DNA of 63,839 bases, the filler included, from Welwitschia mirabilis (Eukaryota): the NCBI GenBank assembly GCA_051453625.1. It is 5 parts of one record of this genome, joined end to end, with 100 filler letters (N's around TTAATTAATTAA, not from the genome) between each part and the next. Parts side by side here need not be neighbours in the genome. Positions count along the whole stretch, not along the records: positions 1 to 21,514 come from JBOZIK010000001.1; 4 more parts are not named here. The stretch is one strand, 5' to 3'. Made by a program: the position numbers and the translations under genes. This document shows, piece by piece, positions 1 to 10,289 of the stretch. Below the pieces are notes generated by a model. That model ran no database searches and was not told where the DNA came from. It worked only from the letters and a program-made list of their open reading frames with translations. Numbering within the stretch: the first letter of the stretch is position 1; every line of letters starts with the position of its first letter.

Positions 1-167
1 CCATGAACGGTTGCAATGAGGACAACGACGCCTTCCATGTCCCTTCTGCATGCCGCGGGACTGCTGCCTAGAAGCTCTAATGGCCACGCCTCGCTGCTGG
101 TGGGTTTTCATTGCTCGCGGCCTCTCTGTTTGGGTGGCGGAAGCCATTACCTCCACCTTCTCTTCTT

Positions 168-581
168 GGCCTCGAACACGAATATAAAGCTTGTGAATCA
201 CTCCACTTAACACCAATTGGTTTTGGGCTGGAACCTCACTTGCTTTATATGCTATGCCCATTATGAAATATAATATGGTATTAGAGCGGGTTGCTCTTAC
301 GCCGTTGCGATAATGAACGACATGGTTGTTGATACCTCCTCGACATGATTGACTGTGTTCCGTGTTTGGCTTGGTTAGCCCACACATGAGGGGGCGTGTT
401 GAAAATATAAGTGGGTGTTGTCCCACAGTGGAAGATAGAAGTGGGTGATTTATCCCATATTAATAAAATAGAAGGCCTCGAACACAAATATAAAGCTTGT
501 GAATTACTCCACTTAATACCAATTGGTTTTGGGTTGGAACTTCACTTGCTTTATATGTTGGGCCCATTATGAAATTTAACA
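168..581 (+). mobile_element. TRIM (terminal-repeat retrotransposon in miniature) with truncated 5' LTR
   Basis: 168-275 is a direct repeat of 474-581. The complete 3' LTR is 397-581 (TGTTG...TAACA). PBS TGGTATTAGAGC lies at 276-287 and PPT GAGGGGGCG at 388-396, with a ~100-bp non-coding interior. The first ~77 bp of the 5' LTR are missing, so no TSD can be checked. Confidence 0.9.
276..287 (+). other. Primer-binding site (tRNA-iMet type) of the TRIM
   Basis: TGGTATTAGAGC is one mismatch from the canonical TGGTATCAGAGC and sits directly after the 5' LTR. Confidence 0.9.
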
Positions 582-700
582 CTGTGCCAAATGTTATCAT
601 TCTAAGTTAGTTCAGGGATTTCAGAGATGGAAAGAAGCAGTTCTCCTCTCAGGAGGAGAGACGAATATACACTATTTTTTTGCTAAGAAATCCCTGGCAC

Positions 701-1145
701 TCATCCTCGAGTGCCTGAGGAACGTCCTAGTGGAAAATTATTACAAACGACAATGTCTCCAGTATTCTCATCCAGGATATTCCTGGGAGCCCGAGAGAAA
801 GTATCCGAGATGCTGGACAAATGTCCGTCCTTATTCGCTGCTCCTTCTACCTGTCAACGATAAACTACCAACATTAGCTTAACAGAACGAATGCAGAATC
901 AAACTGAGAACCTTTAGCTCAAACTTTATTGGCTGCGAATGAATAAACATCTGTGACAAATGGAAAAGAGTAAGAGGACATATAAATGCCTGATATGCAG
1001 ACGTAGCGGCGCCGAAGAGAAAATCTTTGGGGAATTCGCTTCTGGCAAGTCCAGGGACCAGCCACGGAGAATGGTTTTCTGCAATGGCAAAGGCAAGAAC
1101 TGATAGCAGAAATGCAACAAGAAACTCGACGCAGAGGCGCGCCAT
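701..1145 (-). pseudogene. BGLU: Truncated glycoside hydrolase family 1 (beta-glucosidase) gene, 5' portion only
   Basis: Exon 1 (1145-990) gives a signal-peptide-like N-terminus plus LARSEFPKDFLFGAATSAYQ. An intron runs 989-851 (GC...CAG). Exon 2 (850-746) gives VEGAANKDGHLSSISDTFSRAPRNILDENTGDIVV. GH1 similarity stops before the expected DxYHRYKED, and the frame reaches TGA at 703-701. Confidence 0.85.
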
Positions 1146-1225
1146 CAATACTTAAGCAGTTTCGTACGACTGCCGAATGAAAGAATATGTGATGATGGGG
1201 ATGATGCAGTTGTAGTTGCAGAGCT

Positions 1226-1232
1226 ACTTATA
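1226..1232 (-). promoter_or_regulatory. Candidate TATA box of the GH1 gene
   Basis: TATAAGT on the minus strand about 80 bp upstream of the ATG at 1145. Confidence 0.4.
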
Positions 1233-1302
1233 TCATGACTAAACAGGGCAATGGAAATGACAAAGGTGGGAATGAGTGACATCGGCATTCACTCATAAGC
1301 CG

Positions 1303-1465
1303 AAGAAGCTAAACTGCCTCCCAAGTTATATGTACTAATGTATTAAGTTATATGTACTACATGCATTGAGGTGATAACACATGACATAGAATTTAAAATT
1401 TGTGGTGTGCATTTCAGCTCTGTACCACATTTAATATGAGATATTAGACTGTTTAACATGCTCCC
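1303..1465 (+). repeat. Diverged ~150-bp dispersed repeat, copy 1
   Basis: Aligns by eye with 2124-2274 (AAGAAGCTAAAC...TGCATTGAGGTGAT...TTGTGGTGTGCATTTCA...GACTGTTTA...GCTCCC). Confidence 0.8.
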
Positions 1466-2123
1466 CATCGTAAGCTGCGTTCAATAATGTATGATTCGGA
1501 GGCAAAACAAAATCGTATAGGAGGTCAGAAAGACTTTTGTTGCGCCAAATCGGACGCCTAAAACTTGCTGCACCTCCGGATTTTGAAAAGAAAGATATTG
1601 TTATCACTTGATTTCTGTTTCTATAATGGTGGCAGATAATGCTGCCGTTGCACGCTAGTGGAGGCATCTGCGTGTGCTTTGGTTGAGGGACCGAGTGCCG
1701 TCAGTGGTGTGAGTATCTTCGGTGGGTTTTGCAACATCTTTCACGTGGATTTAACTTTGACGTCAGACTCTGACAACCATGTGATACATTATTAGCGAAT
1801 CTTTTGATCAAATTTGGGTGGCCTTGGTGGAACATATTCTTTTATTCCACAAAAGGACTTTATGAACCTCTCATAAATGGGTGTTATGAAACCATATCAA
1901 TGGGTATTAATATAGCATATTAACTTTTTTTCAATGGGTATTAGTTTAATTAATAGGATATTTGTTTTCTATTTATAGATGGTGAGTTAAAAAATTTTAA
2001 AGGCTCTGTAGGTAATTAAATCAATTGTGATGGTTGTATTTCGGATGAGAGGTACAATTATAGAGTTTTAAATTTGACACCCCCTCTAAAGGACCGTTAT
2101 AAGTCCATGGTTATAGTTAAACA

Positions 2124-2274
2124 AAGAAGCTAAACCACCTCCCCAGTCCTATTAAATATGTGTACTGCGTGCATTGAGGTGATGACACGTTGCATATACA
2201 TTTTAAACTTGTGGTGTGCATTTCATTTATGCACCTCAATTAATATAAGATATAAGACTGTTTAGCCCGCTCCC
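2124..2274 (+). repeat. Diverged ~150-bp dispersed repeat, copy 2
   Basis: Partner of 1303-1465. It has an internal inverted repeat ATTGAGGTG (2173-2181) / CACCTCAAT (2232-2240). Confidence 0.8.
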
Positions 2275-3717
2275 TAAGAATAAACTTGGCAATAAGATAT
2301 GCAAGGTGCAGTCATAATCTTCTCCTCTGACTTTGACAAGTCTTAGCAATGCACTTGATGGTTTGCAAGAATGCCCACAGTAGCAGTTTCTTAGCAGTCC
2401 TTTCTGGGCAAGAGCAGAACCCATCCCCCTTCTTCATTTTTTTGCCCTCTAATTTTCTTAATCTTTCAACGAAACACTTCCGAAAGCCCGTTTCTATGTC
2501 TTGCGTGGTCTTAACAGAGGTTTCAGCTGTTGTTTATTGCTAAAGCATATAAGGCTGGGAAGAGGAAGTAAATGAGGGCGTCCGTTGTTTTTTCCCTTTG
2601 TAGTTTCTTCGCTATTTCTCTAAAATCTGGAACTGTGAGCTCAGTGGACTACTATCGAATTTTGGGGATAGAGAGAAATGGGCAATCGCTGCAACTCGTT
2701 GCTATGCACTGATGGTGCGTCTTTTCCCTTCATGCTTGCTGTAACACGCATTTGAGGTTAAGAAGGCAAAGCGAGAGATTGATATATGGGATGACCTTCA
2801 ATCTCTTCTGATCAAGCAACTTCAAAGTGAAACGACCGTAATAGAGTGCTTAAAGATCTTCTCATTCTTTGCGCGAATTACAATTTAGATTTACTTCTTC
2901 ATTGATTCCAGCTTGATTTTCTCTTTCATGCCGTCTTATTTAGAAAATACGCATCCCACTAAGGGGATAAAACTTTTCGGATTCCGATTTCTCAGTGAAA
3001 GGAAGGCACGACAGTGAATGAGAAAAATAAAGAAAGCAGATGTGAGATGAGATCTCGTGCAATGAATCGTTGAATTGACCAAGAAATGAGGGCACTTGCT
3101 TCAGCGCCAATGGCGTCAGGGTTTGTAAAACGCAAGCACCACTTCTTCACGAAAGATATTTTTCCTCTTTCTCCAAATTCATGCACTCAGTTCTAAAACT
3201 GNNNNNNNNNNNNNNNNNNNNNNNNNNNNNNNNNNNNNNNNNNNNNNNNNNNNNNNNNNNNNNNNNNNNNNNNNNNNNNNNNNNNNNNNNNNNNNNNNNN
3301 NTACATGCCACATGCAGAATACACTAAGCATTATATCAATGTCAGCTATTATAAGGTTGTCGCATTCTTAAAGAAATTATAATCTTTAAGACATGTCACA
3401 TGTAGAATGCTTCTAGCATATTTTTGTAACATGTGAAAATAAAATTATCTTGCAATGCCAAAAGATGTGCTTAAGGGATTCATCAAGGACGCAATGCAGG
3501 CAACAAGGAGTGTAACCAAAAAAGTACTTTAAACTAATATCATTAAAATTTTTAAAAATTTTGTATCATCCATAACATTTAAGATAACACTACATATTAC
3601 CAAAGAACTATGTTTAGTAGATCAAAATTTGATGGTGTCTTAAAACTTATCATGAATCTTATGGGGTTTAGGGGAAGAAGGGAAATTTATGGGTATTCAT
3701 TGCTCACACATTTTATC

Positions 3718-6700
3718 TAATTGATATAATGATGTCTTTTCTAGCTATAAGTGTAATACACGAAGACTTTTGAACTTATTCATTATTAAAAACTTTTAAA
3801 ATAGATATAGTAATTAATTGATAATAATTGATTAATAATGTTGTGAATAACAAAGAAGAGTGATATAAATGATTAATGACTTTTCTTTATATTATGGATA
3901 AATAAGCCCATTATATGCACATCCTTTAGTATGCGAATCCATAAAAATAATAAATGCATATGCCCTAGTAATAGATGAAGAATATTAGCATGAAATAATG
4001 CATGGAATTAGAAGCCAAAGTAGAAGAAGAAGCCTAATGGATGTTCAAAAGCAGAAGAATGCTTGAGAGACTTAGACTTGATGATGAAAACAAAAGATAA
4101 TTAAAAGCACAACTTGAAAATCCATGTATTGCACATGAGGAATGGAATTAATGATAAGCTTAGAAGGCATAAAAATGTATTTAATATAGAAGCCTAAGAG
4201 TATTCTACTAACAACACTTAAGAATTACTTGTAATAACCACAAAGAAAACAAAAGAAACCCAAAGGAATAAAACAATTTTCAAATCCATACTATATTAGT
4301 AAAGATTAAGAGATATAAGTCTAACTTATTCCATTATATAGGGGTAGCATTAGGTTGAATTTAGAGAACCCTAAAAAGAAATATGAAAGATAAAGCACAT
4401 ACTAAACATGCCTTAAAATAGACAGAAATAATTTACATTTTTTTTAAAGATAAGGAATCACTGCCTTATCTTTACGTTGTAACTAATAATAAATAGGAAT
4501 ATATTCTTTATAATTGGTTTGTCTAAATATAAATTAAAAAGAATTCTTCTAGAAACATCTTATTTTCCAACTATCTTAGGCTAATTGTAGAAACTTGGTT
4601 TTTGCAAGAATAGATGCCTATGGATCAATCATTCCTTCTTATTAGTTCTTTTGATAATGGTTCATATTCATTTCCAATCCTTTAATAGCTATATTTTAGT
4701 TCTTTTGATAATGGTTCATATTCATTTCCAATCCTTTGCTAGCTACATTTCATAGTTGATAAAGTACCATAGAAGAATTATTTCCTTAGCCTTAGAACTT
4801 TACTTTTTATCTCCTCTATGATTGTTGGATTTTCATAAACTTCTAGTATAGCATAATTAGCTTTTCACTTCCTTCATATGGCATGAAGTCTCTAATATTA
4901 AATATCCCTAATATTTGTAGAAGATGCATCTCTTATGCATTCTATCTAAGAGTTTCTTTATTATCCTAATTAGGCCAACACTATAATTGTTAAATTGTCT
5001 ACTTTTAAACTTGAAAATTATTGTATATATAAATATTTTATCATTATAGAATATGTAGGATTTAATTTCTACATTTTTGTCAGTGTGTATATGTCTTTTT
5101 CTTGACACTGTTACACTCTAATTTTATTTTTCTTATTGATAAGTTTAATCCATTACTCTTACAATTTCATCTTCCTTCTTAAAGTCATCCAATTGCTTAC
5201 CAAGTTCATGTATTACTCTTAATTATTAGTCAAACAATAAAAAGAAAGTATCTTTCCCATTTACTATGAACAAAATTATTATTTATAAATTTTATGAATA
5301 GTAATTGATATAATGATGTCTTTTCTACCCATAAGCATAATAGACCAAGACTTCTGAACTCATTTATTATAAAATTTTTAAAATAGACATAGTAATTAAT
5401 TAATAATAATTGATTAATAATGTTGTGAATAACAAAGAAGAGTGATCTAAATAGTTATTTATCTTTTTTATGTTATGGATTAATAACAACTTGATATTCA
5501 TATTATCTTATATATACATACTTCTAAAAGGACATTATATATAAATCCTTTAGTATGAGAATTCATAAAAATAAAAGATGCATATGCACTACTCAATATG
5601 AATAGATGAATAGCATTAGCATGAAATAATGCATGAAACTAGAATCCAAAGTAGAAGAAGAAGTCCAATGGATATGCAAAGGTAGAAGAATGCTTGAGAG
5701 ACTTAGACTTGATGATGATAATAAAAAACAATTGACAATATAGCTTGAAACTTCATGCATTGCACATGAGAAATGGAACTAATGATAACCTTAGGAGGCA
5801 TAAAAATGTATTTACTATAGAACTAAAAACACTTAAGAGTTACTTTTAAGAAGTAGAGAAAAAACACAAGAAACCAAAAGGAATAAAAGAATTTTCAAAT
5901 ACATAATTTATTAATAAATCTTAAGAGATACAACTCTAACTATCATATCCCAAGTTATATGTTCAATTCCATTATATAGGGGAAGGATTATGTTGAATTT
6001 AGAAAACTCTAAATAGAAATATGAAAGATAAAGCACCTACTAATCATGACTTAAGATAAGGAATAACTATCTTATCTTACATATTATATCTAATAATAAA
6101 TGGAAATATATCCCTTACAATTAGTTCATCTAAATATAAATTAAAAAGGATTCTTCTAGAAACATCCTATTTTCAAATTATCTTAGGGTAATTATAGAAA
6201 ATTATTTTTTTTACAAGAATTGATGCCTATGACTCAATCATTCCTTCTTAACTTATGATTAGTTCTTGTGACTATGGTTCATATTTATTTCCCATCCTTT
6301 GCTAGCTACATTTCATAGTTGATAAAGTACCTTAGAAGAATTATTTCTTTGGCCTTATAACTTTATTTTTTATCTCCTCTATGATTGTTAGATTTTCATA
6401 ACCTATTGGCGTAATACAATTAGATTTTCCACTTCCTTCACATGGAATGAAGTATTCAATATTGAATACACTTAATATTTGTAGAAAATCCATCTCATAT
6501 GCATTCTACCTAATATTTTTAAATATCCTAATAAGGCCAATTTTATGATAGTAAAATTTTCTAGCTTATAAACATGAAAATTGTTCTATATAAATGTGTA
6601 ATCATTGTAGAATTTCTAGGATTTAATTTTTTTAATTTTTTGCCATAGTATGTATATGCCTTTTTATTTACATTGTTACACTCTAATTTTTATTTTTCTT

Positions 6701-6868
6701 ATTGATAAATTTAATCCGTTACTCTCTCAAGTTCAATTGCGTTCTTAAAGTCATTTGATTCCTTGTCAAGTTCATGTAGTAATCTTAACTATTATTCAAA
6801 CTATAGAAAGAAAGGTATCTTTTTTACTTTTTATTAAAAATGTTAATATTTATAAAGTTTATAAATAG
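3718..6868. repeat. Old tandem duplication of a ~1.58-kb unit (3718-5301 and 5302-6868)
   Basis: Both units start TAATTGATATAATGATGTCTTTT and end with TTTAT(G/A)AATAG. They are collinear throughout, with many substitutions and small indels. Confidence 0.9.
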
Positions 6869-7910
6869 TAATAAATCCTTATAACTCCTTTATTGATTTA
6901 GCCTTAGACATATAAATGAGTTTCCCAAGATTTAATTCATATCTCATTTTGCCATTTTATCTATGAATGGATTATTATGCTAAAATTAAAATATGTACCA
7001 ACTAACTTTGTAATGTACATAAACATGCAGACAACACAAAATGAAGTGGAGGGAAACCAAAAAAACATATACCTATTTGAAATAATATCTTTAGGATAAC
7101 CATGAATGTTTTTTAACTCCAAAAATAGTTTTAGAATATTATTGATAAGTAGGAATGATGATGCATATTTTTATTAATACTAAAAGGTTTTTATGCCTTA
7201 AAGCTATGTTTTTTAAAGTACTTAGGAAATATTTATTTATAATCATTTAACTCAATATATTAGTAAGTTAATAGATTAGTGTATATTGTTATTGTTGCAG
7301 GTACAAAATGCCACTTGGCATGAGGAGAAGCAAAAAGATCAAGATGGTGAAAATGTAAGGACAACCTTACTAACCAAGCGATTTTCTTAGAGAAAGAAAA
7401 GAAACAACCTAACTAAGATTAACAAGAATCAAGAAGTATAGAGGGTACATCACTAGCTAAGAAGGGGGGTTTTTAGTAAGAGAACTCTAGCAATGAAACC
7501 TTGGTTGAGGGTCAACAAATGGAAACTCTAGTACATCTTGAAAGGAAATGTGACCAGTATTTTCGAAATTCTAGTGTTACTTACAAAGAGAAATACATGT
7601 TATTGTTAAGAACTTTTAAATCATAGTTAGCACCATTTTAATAGAAAGCTATCAATATTTTAATAGAAACCTGAAAACCCAAATTATTGAATATATTACC
7701 TTTGTTTACATATTGAAAAGTAGTGCAGACTCAATATCACATGAAAAAGTAATGTTTTACTAACGAGTATTTAGTTATGTTAATAGGCATAAAAAAGAAA
7801 ATATAAATAATGAAAGTTTGTGAAATTTATTAATTTAAATAATTTATATCAAAATTATAATATCATAAATATACTCAAAACGAAGGAAAAAAAGGGTAAA
7901 TAATTAGAAA

Positions 7911-8500
7911 AATAAACTTTTTAGATCAATAGTTTCTAATTTGAAATGTTCTTCTTACAAGGAAAGTGCTTGCGATTTAAAAAGAAACATATAAATTCGA
8001 AACATAGTAGGCTATCAATGCACCTCTTCTTGGGATTTGTATTTTTTGTAAAGTATTTGTTGTGATTTTAATTTGCCTTAGTTCATTCCCTTAATGTTAT
8101 TATTAATGGCTACCTTTCTTGTCCTCCATTACCCTTTTTAGCTTCCATAGCATTACAACTAGTACATTCTAAATCATTGTGTTTACTTCTTCATTATAGC
8201 CTTTGCAATTTTCATGAGCTTTTTTTATAGGGTGAATTTAATAATGCATAGACATATAAGGATTTATATATTTTGTATCTTAAAGTATAGTGCAAAAATA
8301 ATAAGGCATTATAAGAATAAACTTTTTGAATTGGCAGTTTCTAATCTTAAATGTTCTTATAGAGAAATTACTTGCAATTTAAAAAGAAACTTATAAATTC
8401 AAAACCTAGTAAGTTGCCAATTCTCCTTTTTCTGTAAAATTTATTTTTTGTGCATGTTTATTATGATTTTAATTCTCCTTATTCATTGCTTTGATATTAT
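7911..8500. repeat. Diverged ~190-bp direct repeat (about 7911-8100 and 8316-8500)
   Basis: Shared blocks AATAAACTTTTT...GTTTCTAAT...AAATGTTCTT...TTTAAAAAGAAAC...TAAATTC...TGATTTTAATT. Confidence 0.75.
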
Positions 8501-9073
8501 TGATGACAAATTAGTGATTGGGGATTTGCCTTTAGGCCAAAAAAAAAAAAAGAAGAAGAAGAAGAAGCCTTAAATAAATAAAAAAATGCAACTTTACACA
8601 TCATTGATTCCTATAGGGATTTGAATGTCTAACCATGAAGAAATCACTACCTAAATCTAATCTTAATTTTAAAGGTAACAAGTGAAAGTAACTAATTAGA
8701 ACAATATTCTTTTAGAAATTTAAATATTTAATTATAGATATTAAAACAAATGATAATTTTTATTTAAATTAAATAACTTTTCATGTCAAAACAAATGACA
8801 AGTTTCAAAGAGCATGTATGTTACACTTCACAGTTCACTACTTTTCTATAAGAATTCAAATAAAAAATAAATCTCTTCTCGTTCCCACTATAGTATATGA
8901 AAAGTAACAGAGTATAGATTTAATTAAGAGATATATTATGGGTTCTTCTATTTTAGATTAAAAGACATTCCCTTTACTATTGTACATATAAATATTTATA
9001 AAGTATTAGAAACATAATCTTTTTTTACTACTACAATAGCCAACTTTAATCTTTTTCTTCTGGTTTCCATCAG

Positions 9074-9345
9074 GCAAATCCATCACAAAGAGACTAGAAG
9101 ACTAATATCACTCCTTCTATATGTCCATATTATCATGAAGTATCTTTATTTGCTAAGGCCTTATGTGCTCACTAGAAATCCACAATAGAAATAGAATGCA
9201 TTCCCATCAAGAAAATCAATAGCGAAAAAATCAGAGGACGAATATTCCTTTTGACTATCCATTTCATGAAAAAGTATTTCTCTTTGGTATGGCCTTAGGG
9301 AGTCATGTAAGAAGCCATAATAGACAGATTACTGCTTATTTATAG
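9074..9345 (+). pseudogene. Decayed exon encoding two QALGGH-like C2H2 zinc fingers
   Basis: Finger 1 (9122-9183) reads CPYYHEVSLFAKALCAH*K(I)H with a 1-nt deletion. Finger 2 (9250-9318) reads FDYPFHEKVFLFGMALGSHVRSH. Both keep C-x2-C-x3-F-x5-L-x2-H-x3-H spacing, with most Cys codons mutated to TAT or CAT. A pyrimidine tract and CAG acceptor end at 9073. Confidence 0.7.
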
Positions 9346-10289
9346 AGTAAGGAGATTTTAGATTAGCAAACATCTTTTTTAACTTTTCTTTCACTATATA
9401 TCTTAAAGTCCAATGGGTGACATATTTCATTTACATTATTATATTTTTGGAAAATGTGTAAGCAAAGAAAATAGTTTTATGGTTTGAGCTTTTACAACAT
9501 TTTGAGGTATAGGTAACTGTGAGGACATATCTAACCATGATAGAAAAGAATAATAAATATTAAGAAAAATCTAAAATGGTTGGGATCTTATTCACTATGT
9601 TTAACATTTTAAAAATGAATCTACAAGTATAAATAATAAAGATTCAATATCTCATGATGGTGTTTCACTTGTAGCATCTCAACCTTTTAATATATATTGA
9701 TTAATGATAGGTGAGATTTACAGTTGATATTTCAAATCAACAATTTAGGTCATTTTAAAAATTAATGATTACTATAACCATATTATTAGTAGATATCCCT
9801 TTTTCTAGGATTTTCCTATTATTATGGTGCTTGACCTAAATGAAATGATCAATTTAACCATCAACCTATTATTCTCCTTTATATATATTAATGCTTGTAT
9901 TTTATCTTTGTGTGTAACATTTATTAATACACGAATTAGATTCTTTGATTGTTCTATTTTATCTCTATTATAAGAATGCTTTATTTAGTTCATTTATAAC
10001 ACAATAGTATCATAGCCTAATGAATTCTAGAAGCATTTTGAAAGTTAATGAAGAGAATCTTCTATATGGTGAAAATTGGTCATTCAAGATCTACATAACT
10101 AAAACAAAGTAAAGAAGATCTCAAAATAAAAGAGAAGAAGGCTTGTCTAAAACATTAAGACGAAATCCCCTCATTGAATAAGTAAAAAGAAAAAAAGGAT
10201 TTAATAAGATAATAACTCAATCACTAATGAATCTATTAAGACATCATCACACAACATGACATCGAGGATAAATCCTATCATCATTTCAA

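Noticed and set aside
879-989. C-terminal 37 codons of the 879-1148 ORF
   Set aside because: Read-through into intron 1. GH1 similarity resumes only after the acceptor at 851.
4700-5220. Ulp1-like protease on the minus strand of the tandem unit
   Set aside because: The catalytic HW and Q...DCG motifs could not be located convincingly.
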